64,000 nt of DNA. Source: the human T2T-CHM13v2.0 reference genome, Homo sapiens. Positions 24,751-37,539 of the stretch are shown piece by piece; the stretch's first letter is position 1, and each line of letters starts with the position of its first letter. A model generated the notes under the pieces. It had not been told where the DNA came from. It saw only the letters and a list, made by a program, of their open reading frames with translations, and ran no database searches. Position numbers and translations under genes: made by a program. Location of the stretch: NCBI RefSeq assembly GCF_009914755.1, contig NC_060926.1; one strand, given 5' to 3'.

Positions 24751-25616
24751 GAGAGGGATATCTCTGGGAGATTGAGTTTAAATCCCTGTCCTGTTATGAC
24801 ATCTGAGACAAGTCATAGCTCCTGTATTATCTACCTCACAGGGTTTTTATATATGAAAATGTTTTTTCAAATTGTAAAGGTCTACAAAAATAAGACAAAA
24901 GCATTTGATGGGAAAAGACACTCAGATAATTTTGTGCCTCTTCAGAGAAATTTAAATGATTTAAATGCCAATTGCTTGAGTAAGTGAATAAAATAATACC
25001 CTCATCCTAACATAATTTCATAAATCAAAGATTATCATCAAAGGGGTGTTAGAGACAGAGAGACTCTGGAGCTTATCCTTTGTTCTACCTGGAAACGAAT
25101 TGACTTGGAATCTATGTGACTTGCCCAAGTCAAAAGCTGTAAACAAACAGGGCTCAGAAAAAGGGTCTTCTCTAGGCCTACCCTTCACATACTCAGAAGC
25201 ATGTGCACTTGTAGGAGGAAGCCTGTCCAGCCGCACTTGGTCTCTGAGTGCTTACAGCAGCCAAGCAGCCTCCTCTTTGGCTGCTACCAAGCCGACCTTT
25301 GATTCGAGCTTCCCACAAGCCATTATTTCTTAAAATCACGGAATCATCAAATTCTCTAGTGCTTTTTTTTTCATTTTTTTCTTTTCTCTGTGCTTCACAC
25401 TGACCCATTTCTTCTCATTGACCCATGAAGAAGTAGCAAAAAGAGAGATGTGCACATTGAGTCAGAGCCTTTATGTGCTATGATCCAATATGTACCACAC
25501 TCCCATTAGTTGGCTGGAAAGCTATCTGGGGTTTTGAGAATCTAGACCTCTGATTTCCAAGCAAGTTGAAGTTATTCCCAACACACATGGCTTCCCAGTA
25601 AGAAGAATTCTCTATA

Positions 25617-25620
<4 letters not shown>

Positions 25621-25664
<44 letters not shown>

Positions 25665-25670
25665 TGTGTG
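25621..25670. repeat. (TG)n microsatellite, ~25 units with one TA interruption
   Basis: Directly visible. Confidence 0.98.
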
Positions 25671-26693
25671 TTTCTGGTTGCTACAGGAATTAGAAGCAGT
25701 GGCAAAAAAAATAATCCTAATAAGGAGTCCTTTGTGCCCAGCTGTTATAAAACAGGATTTTTCACAAGCATTTACTCTCTCCCCACAACGAAGCCTTAAA
25801 GTGCAAAAGTTCACCCTGAGCATTGCCCACTGCTTTTCTTTAAACCTTCCAAGAGACACACAAGGCTCTTATTTTTCAGGGCCCATCTGGCCATAAATTG
25901 CAATAGACATTAATTTATGAAAACAAATGACACCAGCCTACTCCACGACATTTTCAAATGGGAGTATTAGGCAGGGCAATAAAGCAGGAATAAAATAAAA
26001 ACACTCAGACCCTGTAGCTGCCCTGGCAATGCCCCAAGCCACACAGGGACCCTCAATATCCCTGTTCCAACACACTCTGCTCTTGCAAAGTTACGGTTAT
26101 TTGATCATAAGACATGAAATTCGCTTTTTTGGCCAGAGTGTGGCAGGAAATTAAACATATCCAAGCCTTTCTCCATGTGACCAGAATCACCATTCTACCT
26201 GCAGAGTTTACATCAATGGTGATAACCACAGATAGAACAAAGGAGCTGGATTATCAATACTGGCAGATGATTTAGCTGGTGGTTAATCCATTCTCCCCAG
26301 AGTCTAGAGGAGTTATTTCATTCTTGGGACTCTTGTCTAAAATTTGGTGTGTGGAACTTCTAGTAGAGTCAAGGGGATGGTTTACAGGCATGCAGAGGAA
26401 AGGTAATTTTAACCTCCTTATTATATACCTGCAATTGCCAGCATTAAGCAGACAAGCAGTGCCAACTCAAATACCATAGGAAAGATGCAAAAAGAAAGGG
26501 CTGAGTAATATGTCTGTGACTCTAGGCAAGACAGCTGGCCTTTCTAGTTTTCTGTTTTTCTGGATGCTTGAACCTAATGTATCTTAGTTTTTCAGACATG
26601 CATACTGAGGGCAGTAAGACGCACATATACATACAAGAAATCTTTGTGCTCTGAGAGACAATAGGTATAACTTTAAAACTCATTTTCATTTTA

Positions 26694-26842
26694 TTTATTT
26701 GTTTATTTTTTGAGATAGAATCTCGCTCTGTCACTCAGGCTGGAGTGCAGTGGTTCAATCTTGGCTCACTGCAACCTTCTCCTGAGTTCAAGCAATCCTC
26801 GTGCTTCAGCCTCCCAAGTAGCTGGGATTACAGGCATGTGCC
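26694..26842 (-). mobile_element. Alu right-arm-only element (5'-truncated Alu/FRAM)
   Basis: Single arm; perfect 16-bp TSD actcattttcatttta (26678-26693 / 26843-26858). Confidence 0.9.
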
Positions 26843-29156
26843 ACTCATTTTCATTTTAAAAGGCTACACTTAGCATTAAAAATTAAATGGAGGCTGGAAG
26901 AGGGGTTACAGTCTTCTCCCGCCAGTCTCTCTTTCATCAAATGAAAAGATACAAGACTCATCAGACCCAAATGGGGGTTAAAAGATCAGCCTCTTTATTG
27001 CTGAAGGATATACCTAATCATTCTCTAAAAGTAGAACTTCTAGAAAATTTTTAGAGAGTAGGACTTAAACCTTGAGCTCAATGGAACTTCCTTCTCCTCC
27101 TACTCAAATCTTGGTCTCAGGACTCACCTATTTGGACAGCTGAGTTGAGAGTCTGACATAAATTCACCTGCCTAGCCACCAGCAAGGTACCTACAAGGAA
27201 GCACAGGGCTGCCCCATATCCTCTCCAGGATATCCTTTCCAGGCCCTCCATACTAGGGTACCTTGCCTAGAGAAGTTTATCTCATAGAATTTCCTATGAG
27301 GAGGAGATTAAAGACTATGATCCTGCAATTCCCCCGAGAGAACACAGAGCCAAGAAACTAAGAAACGATGTCATGTGTGAACTGCATATGGCATTTAACA
27401 CTGTCCCCCATCCACTATTAAATGTGGTTCCATAAAAGTCAGGTCCTCAACAGTCAGGTTAGCTAGTCCTCCCACTTTGGGGAGGGGCAAATAAGCAAGT
27501 GGAGAGAGAAGATGGAAGTATTGTATTCTTTCTTTACTAGTCAAAGTGCAAACATGAGAAGGAGAGTGTAACTGTTCCTCCTCTCAGTTGGAATTTCCTT
27601 ACTGGGGGAATTCAGGAAACAGGAACATAACCAGTAAAAGAAACTTTGGCAAGACCTTCCTCAGAATGTTTCAAGACTGGGAGAGAACAACATCCCAAGT
27701 GGGGCAGAATTTTAATTTTTCTCTCTTGAAATGTTTCCAACCTTGGAACTGCATTCATGGTAAGATATCTGATTGATCCCATCCTGCAGCCTTCTTTGTT
27801 GGTCCTGGGGGTGGGTGGGCAAAAAATAACACCCCTCCCTATAGAAGGCCATGTTTTCCCTGATCTGCTGGAAGGTGAAGTGATGGCCCAAGGCCTAACA
27901 GCAGGGTCCTCACCACTGAGGAAAAGAGAGAATGTTCTGTAGATTTTCCCGAGACTGACATATATAAACTGTGAATCATTCACTTGAGGACAGGATGGGA
28001 AGAGCTGATGGAAGCCAAGTGGGAGAGAAAGTACAAAGGAAGATTTCCAGAGATAAAGAGAACAACTCCTCAGTGAGCCGGCTTGGAGAGAACAAGTGGA
28101 GGGAGGCACGTCTTCAGCCTGTCGTTAGCAGATGTTTACTAACTCACTGTGGTACTGGAGCCAGCTGGGGCTAACTGAGGAACATTTTCCATCCCAGATC
28201 CTTTGTGGTGAAAAAGAATAAAGTAGAAAATGAATGGCACCAGATTGTGTCCATGATTTATCATTTTAATCTTGTCACCAAGAATTGAAGAGACCCAGGC
28301 TAGGGCAAAGGAAAAGGCAAAAATATATATATTTGACATGAATCAGTTATTTGAGGTCAATCTGGGAAGTTTTTTTAGCACATAAAAAACGTCTAAAAGA
28401 AAGAATAGTAATCTAGTAATCTCTCATGGCAAACTTTCAAGGGTGAAGAATTTAATTTACTAAGGATGTACGGCAGCACAGTGTAAGGTTGAACACTAGC
28501 TCAACAAGTTAATAGGGATAGGATTCCTGCGATGGCAGAGTTTCTCCAGAGGTCACTTGACTGTTACTCAGACTCTAAGAAGAGCTGTTGTCAGCCCAAA
28601 TATGGCCATGCTCTGTTCTTATGACTATGACTTGTTCCTGCGATTTGTAATATTTGGAATCAGCATCCTTTGAGAATTAGAACTTACGACAAATTTTCTT
28701 TCACCTCTTTCTTCTTCTCAGACTCTTTCCTATTCGTTCCTGCTTCAAGACTTTTGTACTTGCTGCCCTTGTGCCTAAAATGCTCTTGTATCAGCTCTTT
28801 ACCTGGCTGATTTCCCTTCACCCTTCTGGTCATAGATTAAATATCATCTCCTCCAACAGGCCTTCTCTTATGGCCACATCTAAAGCAAAGACAATTCCCT
28901 ATGAGATTCTATCCCATTACTCTGTTTACATAATAGCAATTAACACATTATCAAATTTTAATAATTATCAGATTATCAAAGAGGAACTCAAAAGGGAAAT
29001 TAGAAAATATTTTGAACTAAATGAAAATAAAAATTTGTGGTATGGCACTGAAGTAGTACTTTGGGAAAAATATATTGCCAAATGCTTAGATTAGAAAAAG
29101 ATACACGTCTCAAATCAATTACTTCAGCTTCTGCCTAAAGAAAATGAAAAAAAAAG

Positions 29157-29189
29157 ATGCTTACCAGGGGAGATACCATAATCATCAAG
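29157..29189 (+). pseudogene. U1 snRNA 5' fragment (3'-truncated retropseudogene)
   Basis: atgcttacc----aggggagataccataatcatcaag aligns to the U1 5' end ATACTTACCTGGCAGGGGAGATACCATGATCACGAAG, and is flanked by a 19-bp direct repeat (17/19). Confidence 0.82.
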
Positions 29190-29527
29190 AAAGTGAAAAA
29201 AGAAGAGTAAATTAAATCCAAAGTAAACAAAAAAGAAATGATAAAAATCAAAACAAAAATCTATGAACTATAAGAGTAAAACAATATAAAAAATTAATTA
29301 AACAATGAAATAATAGTTGTTTCTTTAAAAACATCAATAATCAACCTCAATCAGACTGATCAGGAAAAATCAGAGAGCAAGAAAGGACACAAATTACCAG
29401 TATCAGGAATGAGAGGTGGCATCACTACAGATTCTACCATATGAAAAGGACAATAGGAAAATATTATATATAACTTTATGCCAATAAATTGACAACCTAA
29501 GTGACAGGCAAATTTTTTGAAAGACAT

Positions 29528-29947
29528 TGTGTTAATCTGTTCTTTGTGTTGCTATATAAAGAAATCTCAGAAACTAGGTAATTTATAAAGAAAAGAGATT
29601 TGATTGGCTAATGGTGCTTCAGGCTGTACAAGCATGGCACCAGCGTTTGCTCAGCTTCTGGGAAGCCTCATGGAGCTTTTACTCAGGGAAGAAGGCAAAG
29701 CAGCAGCAAGCACATCATATGGTGAAAGTAGAGCAAGAGAGAGAGTGAGTGTGGGTTGTGGGAGAGGTTCCAGACACTTTTAAAAAACCAGATCTCAGGA
29801 GAACTTACTCACTGTCGTGAAGACACAACCAAGCCACGAGGGATTCACCCCCCATTGCCCAAACACCTCCCACTAAGACTCACCTCTAACGTTGGGGATT
29901 ACATTTCAACATGAGATTTTGCAGGAACATATGCTCAAACTCTATCA
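29528..29947 (-). mobile_element. MST (MSTB-like) solo LTR nested in L1
   Basis: 'tgtgttaatctgttc...caggctgtacaagcatggcaccagc...ttggggattacatttcaacatgagatt...caaactctatca'; degenerate TSD gacat/ggcac. Confidence 0.88.
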
Positions 29948-31510
29948 GGCACAAACTACCAAAGCTCACTCAAGGAGAAATAGGTAACATTAGCACAAAT
30001 AACTTTATATCTAAGAAAAAAATTAAATTTGTAGTTAAAAATCTTCCCACAAAGAAAACTTCAGGCTTAGATGTCTTCACTGGTGAATTACATTTTAGAA
30101 AGAATTAATACCAATTCTACATAAACAACTCTAAAAGTTGAAAAGGACAAAATATTTTCCAACTCTTTTTATGAAATCAGGCTTACTCTGATACAAAAGT
30201 CATACAAATACATTATAGGAAAAGAAAATTACATACTAACTGTCATCAAACATAGATGTAAAATGTCTATACAAAGTTTTAGCAAATCAAGTTCAACAAT
30301 ATGTACAAGGAATTTTACAAATGACCAAATAGGGTTTATCCCAGAACTGCAAGGTTGGCTTAATATTTGACGACAAATCAATGCAATTCACCACTATTAG
30401 CATACTTTAAAAAATAAAACTCATATGATATTTCTGATAGATACCAAAAAAGTATTTGACAAAATTCAGTGTTCATTCCTTACCAAGAAATTAAAATTAA
30501 AATAAAAAAACCACAAACCTTCAGCCAACCAGGAATAGAAGAGAACTGCCTCAATCTTACTTAATGGTTAAAAAGCCAAATGTCTTTCTCCTAAGACAAG
30601 GTACAAGAAAATCATGTCTGCTCTAACAGTTTCTATTTACTGTACTATGGGTTTGAGTCAGGGCAGTCGGATGAGAGCAAGAAATAAAAACCATCCAGAT
30701 TGGAAAAGAAGAAGTGAAACTTTCTTTATTTGCAGGCTACATGACTGAATAGTAGAAAATCAGATAGAATCTACAAAACATCAATTGGATTTCTATATGG
30801 TAACAATGAAAAAATAGAAATTGATGTTAAACAGAATATTATTTATAGTAACATCAAAAATATGAAATATTTAAAGACAATTCTGACAACATATATGAAA
30901 GGGCTATGCCCTGAAAATTACAGAACATTGTTAAAGAAATCTTTAAAAACCCAAATAAATGGAGAGATTACATCATGTTCACGGGTCAGAACATTCATGT
31001 TGTTAAGATGTCAGTTCTCTCAAGATTGAGCTATAGATTCAGTGCAATCCTAATCAAAATTCCAGCAGATTTTTGGTATATTTAACAAACTGTTTCTAAA
31101 GTTCATGTGACAATTTAAAAGATCTAAAACAAATTTCAAGCAAAATTGAAAAAGAAAAACAAAGTTGGATGACTAACACTATCTGAGCTCAAGATTTATT
31201 GTAAAAGCTGAAGAAATCAGGACAGGGTGCTATTGGCATCAAGACCAACAAACAAACCAATGGAGCAGAAGACATGGTCCAAAAATAGATCCACGCAGAG
31301 ATGGACAACTTGGTTTTTTACCAAGGTACAAAGATGATTTAGAGTAGGAAAGGTAGGCTGCAAAAAATTGTGCTGTAACATTTGGATATCCGCATGCCAA
31401 AGAATGACCTTCAATCCATATTTCACCTCATAATAAAAAATTAACCCAAAATACATCCCACTATGTAAAATCTAAACTATAAAACCTTCACAAGACAGCA
31501 CAGGATAAAA

Positions 31511-31601
31511 ACATGGCACATGTATGCATATGTAACTAACCTGCACATTGTGCACATGTACCCTAAAACTTAAAGTATAATAATAATAAAGAAAAAAAAA
31601 A
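31511..31601 (+). mobile_element. Young L1PA extreme 3' fragment (~90 bp) nested in old L1
   Basis: 'acatggcacatgtatgcatatgtaactaacctgcacattgtgcacatgtaccctaaaacttaaagtataataataataaa' plus A tail. Confidence 0.92.
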
Positions 31602-34600
31602 CACTTGTGAACTTGAATTAGGCAAAGATTTCTTAGGTCTTACACCTAAAGCATAATCCATAAAAGGAAAATAAATCATATATTGGCTTTCAAAGTTAAA
31701 AACTTCTCCTCTTCAAAAGACAGAATTTTGTAAATTCTGTAAAGAGAATTAAAAGATAAAAGGCAGCATAGGAGAACATATTTGTAAATAATATATCTGA
31801 CAAAGAAGCTGTATTTAGAATTCATAAAGAACTCTCAAAATTCAATAATAAGAAAGCAAGTAATCAAATACAAATGGTCAAAAGATTTGAACAGACAGTC
31901 ACTAAAGAAAAAGTATGGTTGGCAAATAAATAGACGGAAAGATGCTCAACATCAGCAGTTGTTAGGGGAATGCAAATCAAACTAGAATTAGATACCACTA
32001 CGGAGTTATTGGAATGGCTAACATTGAACACACTGACCCATTTCATGTGTTGTCAAAGATATGGAGTGACTGGGACACACACATTACTGTTGGGCATAGC
32101 CACTTTGGAAAACAGTTTGGCAGATTTTTAAAAAGTTAAACATATACTTACTGTATAATCCACAATCCCACCCCTAGGTAAAATAATCACTTATCTTCAC
32201 ACACAGAAAACCTATGCGTGGATGTTTACTGCAGCTTGATTTATAATTGCACAAAACTGTAAATGACCCAGATGTCTTTCATCAGGTAAATAGTCATACC
32301 AGATTTGGCATATCTTGTACATATTATGGTACTCTATTCAGTAATAAAAAAGACACATTCTTTTTTCTATTGATGCAATCCCTAACACAGGTGAATCTCA
32401 AAATAATTATGCTGAGTTAAAGAAGCCAGACGCCAAGAAAAAGATGCATCGACCAGGCAAAATAACCAGTGCTCTGCCCCTACTAACCAGTGGGTTTCAA
32501 AAATGATTTTTTTTTTGTCAGTTGTACCCATGGCATGAAACACTTGCTCAGAATCCATACCTCTTGATTATGCCGTTAGACAATAGCTTATTATCTGTGT
32601 GCATTTTGGGATCATATACTTTTATTTCATTGGACACTTCTCATCCCTATCACCACCATCGCCACAAAGCAATCTTCAGAGTTATGATTTAGAACTCAAG
32701 AGCTGCTAGACCTATGAATTGGGCAATTCAAGAATTCCATGGTTCAACCCTGAAGTTGCAACTTTGATGCTTCTAGCTGGAAGTGGGACAAACTTGGTCA
32801 TCTAAAGATGACCCCCAAATAAATAAAATTCCTGATCTCTGCTTAGACTACTCCTGCCAGAAACCTCCAAAGTCAGGTTCTCCAGAAACAGTCTAGTCCT
32901 GGATTCTGACTCATTCAAGTCTTTCCCCTTACTTTCTCCTGAAAATGTGGAGCACAGGGAGCTGCTCCTGTCCAGAGTGTGGACAACTGGAGTGAGATAC
33001 TTGGCAGGTGAAGCATTTGCCACCACCTTCACATATAGGTCTCTACTTTGTTTTTGCCTTACCCTTCCAATTTGAGCTGAGTTGTTTTCTTCATAGCCTT
33101 TAAAACCAGGTTTGATTTCTAATTACTTTTTAAAATCATCTCATCAAGTCAATGATTTCATGACTGTTTTTCTGGTTAAAACCCCCAGTTTAATTAATCT
33201 CAGAGGAATCTTTTTGTGTGGTCTCTCCTTACGGTCATCTCCCATCCCATCTGTCCCATCCTTATGAGGGGGATACAGCCGCTCAGCAATCATGATTCTT
33301 CCATGCTGCTATCCACCCTTTCTGTCTGGTTTTCCCGAGTTGCAGGGATTACACACCCATTTGGATTGTGAGACTTCTCAGAACCAGCTTCTTCACAGAA
33401 ATTCTTTCTAACTCTTCCAGCCCATGGAGCTGCATGTCAAGTTACACATTCTTAAAAGGTTCATCACTGACTAGGATCTATCTCCCAGTTCCTCCACAGT
33501 ACTCTCCAACCCTATCACTCCCCTCCAACTCAACCTACTGGCATCATTGCCTGCTCCAAACTGTGAGTGGGAAAGTGAGAGTAGAAATTTCTGCATCAGG
33601 ATCCATAAGCTGAAGTGAGTGGGAGAAGGACTTGAATACAGTCTGTTAACACCTCAGGGAGAGTTAATTAAAACCTGAGGAACCAGAGATACCAGATAGT
33701 CCTAGCATATCTCAACAATGGCAACTTAGCAGTTTTTATTAGTGCCACAATCATACTAAAGAAGGAAGTGAGTGGAGAGGTGCAAAGAAAACAAAAAGAG
33801 CACAGAAGATGATGGGGAGGACAGAAGCCTAGCTTTTGCTGACTTCTTGGACTGCTTAGTTGAAATCCAGGAGTTCTGAGAAAGTTTAGTCATGCCTGTC
33901 CAGCTTTGCCCGTCGCTGGACTTTTTCTGAATTGCCAGTGCCAAATATTTGAAAATTTTTGAGAGATTATTTTTTGTGGAAATATAGCCAAAAGTTTCAG
34001 GGAAATAGACAAGTTTCTAAGAAGCTGGACTCCAAGAATGGGTTCCGTGTGAGTAGAAAGGAATATTTTAAACAAACCTAGTATTAAGACTATGGCTATA
34101 TTCAAAAGTGATTAAAAGTATTTGAGGATTAGTGAGAAAGATACCAAGTGGTATCAAAGTGTTTATTTTAAAGATGAAACAAAGAGATTAAGCTTCTGAT
34201 GTGTTGATAGAAGGCTAGCCTGTTTTAATAAAACTATTCTCCTTCTTTCGCTTTTTCTCCCTCTTTTTATTTTCATTTTACTTATAATCCACTCCCATTA
34301 GCCTTATTCACAGCAGTGGCCCCAGGCAGTCTCAACCATGCATCTAAGATTCTATTCAATTCACTACTTGGTGTCAGTACAGCCCAAACAAAGTGTCACC
34401 TCTTGGGGTGATGGCCAAAGGTCCTGAAAACTGATACAAACTTACAAAAATAACTCACCACCTGCATTTCATATCCTCATTTTCTTCTTGTCCATCTATG
34501 CTTCAACTTGTACCTCTCTTCCCTTGGCAACCAGAACCTCTGCATTAGCACGCAGTGAGCACACAAATAAGATGATCATTTTTCCCGAGTTCTCTCATCT

Positions 34601-35179
34601 CCAGCCCATGATGTTTTACTGTTGCATAAGATTTCACTCCAGAATGTCCTTTGGGCCTGACATTCTTAGACGTCAAACATCCCATCCCTACTTGATTTCA
34701 AAACTGTTAGTATTCCATAAGTAAAATTAAGTAGGACCCCTAAGGTAACGTTTTCTTTATCTGCTAATTAGTGGCTTTCTAACTTTGCTAGACCAAGCCC
34801 TCTAAAACACAATTACACAGGGAGTACAAGAAGGGGACATAGAAAAAGAAAGCAAACATCTAAGTACATTCAGGGATCTCTGTAACATTCAGACACAGAA
34901 TGTTAGAACTTAGAAGGATCTTAGGCAATATGGTTCAATTCTTGCCAGCTTCACAAGTTGTAGCATTAGCTAGGTGAGCTTGGACATACCATTTACACTC
35001 TCTAAGTTTCATTCAGTGACAGAGCCAGGTTTGGGACCCAGATATTCTGATACTTTTCTTCCATGAAGCCTTTCCAATTACATAACCTACAAGTGTGCTC
35101 ACTCTTTAGTGCAAATGTAGAAAAACAAGCTTTGTGTCCATCGGGGATGAGCAGTGTACCCCCTATTGAAAGTATTTTT

Positions 35180-35524
<345 letters not shown>

Positions 35525-37539
35525 AGTGTTCTCAGCACCCACAGCTGCAGCTGTGAATGGTCAGATCAGCTCCAGAGGGCCACTGCGGGAGAGGCCCCAA
35601 AACAATAATACGGAGTCCACCATCAGCTCTGAAACCACCAAGAAGCAGCAGACCTTTTGGGAGAGATCAGCACTGACCATAAGTTTTCCTTTTCTAGAGA
35701 ACTATTTTCTCTCGCAAGCCCTCATCCCTTATCAGGTCCCCAGACCCAACCCCCAGCCTCAGCTCTAGAAAAGTGAATCTTTAAAGACCCAACACTTGAC
35801 CTGGCTGGCTAAGGGGTAGAGTGCTGTTCATTCGTCATGGAAAATTTCCTAAAGAAAAGAAATGCATTTATCTTAATTCTGCCCTTACGTTTATACGATT
35901 CTTTTCCTGAGGATTTCTACTCTTAATAGAAAGGAGAGAAAGAGGAAGAAAAGAAAATCTTTAAAGAACATACTTTATAGCCCTATGTACTGGGTCACGG
36001 CTGATAAACTAAGCCCCTTCAAAAGGCTTGAGAGCAGAGTAATTTAGATTTCCATTACCTCAAATAACCAGGGCTGTGTGCTCAGACCATTCCCTGGGTG
36101 TATTCTCCTTCTTTGGAGGCCACCTATTTCAGCCCATTAGACTTGCCTGAGAGGTTGTCTTGGGGTTACCGTTGCTTCCCAGGACTTTAGCTGAACTCTG
36201 GGAAAGGCAAGCTGAGGGACTATTGAAAAACACAGACATGAAAAACGGAGCTAGTATAAACAACAAAAATTTACGTTATGCAACTGGCAGAAGTTTGCCA
36301 GGGAGGATTTTGAGTGCTGGAATATATTTTTAAATCTCCATGAATAACTTAAGATCTAGGTCAAGCCAGGGGCAGAATGAAATAAAAATAAAGAAAATAA
36401 AATGAGAGAGATACTGATTTGATTCATTTTCCCATCTGTGAATACCCCGAGATGTAGGCTAAGGAGAAATGCTTGTTAATTTGTGCAAGGGAATTTTTTC
36501 TCTGGTTTACTGTGTTATCCTTCCTTTTGGCCTTTGTCGCTCAGTTCCAAACATCACAGTACACTGATGCCTTAAACCTGCTTTGCAAATGCTCATGTCT
36601 AGTATTTTGCTTTCTTCTTTAAGCTCAAACCTTTGAGTTCTCAGGCCTTCCATCAGCTTCATGAAATGCACCCCAGCATTGCTCTCTTGATCTGTGTGTC
36701 CTCTCCTGAACCCTACCCCTCTAACACCTTAGCCTTCTAGCCACCTACAGTCAGTACCATGTGGAGTTCTGAAGACACAGGTCAAATCTGCCTTTTGAGC
36801 TTTCAGACTTCTCCAGCCCTATCTCCTTTTCTTCCAGGGATCTAATGACCATACTGTATCCCATGCCCATGCACAAATCACCAGAATTTTCTTGGACAAA
36901 ATTACCTTTCTCAGAATCCAGGGCTTAGCCTTCTGGAATTCTCTGTATCTGCTTCCCTCAGAAATCCTGGTAATAGGTAAGAATTTGAAAACAATAAATT
37001 TAGGCCAAGTTGTTTGTACCTGAAAACTGACCTCATAGGTGAGCCAATTGGGCACTAACAATAACAATGTAATTTTTGATTTCATTCTGTCTCATTCTAT
37101 TTTCACAGTCACCCTGTGAGGAGGCATAGAGACATATTACAGATAGCTGAGGTCTCAGTTAGGGGCAAGACTTGTCTAAGGGGATGACAAAAGCTTCTCA
37201 TCCCACTCAGAGTGAAACTAATCTTCTTAGCATGGCCTTCAAGGCCTGTCATGGTCTGCCCTGTCTTTCCCTCTCATCTCATTTTCCATGACTCTCTGAC
37301 TCTTATTTTCATATTTTCTTTTGCTAAAGTATAATTTTCAAAAGTTTAAAAACATCACTTTCATAAAAGTATAAATTCAACTTATTAATTAATGAGAGAA
37401 TTAGTAACCTGTTAATATTGTTACAAAAAAGAATTTGAAGAACAAAGTATGTAGGGTGACAGAAATGTTGGTGTGAATTTACTAATAGATGCAAAACTGG
37501 CTAAAATCCAATAGGAAAACTAAGTATAAAGTTTGGAGC

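Larger units (their letters stand above)
28950..32445 (+). mobile_element. Old L1M (L1MC/MD-like) ORF2 and 3'UTR remnant with nested insertions
   Basis: A-rich ORF2 motifs ('EELKREIRKYFELNENKN', 'ttcactggtgaatt', 'aatagggtttatcccaga', 'gccactttggaaaacagtttggcag'), with many stops and deletions. Confidence 0.9.
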
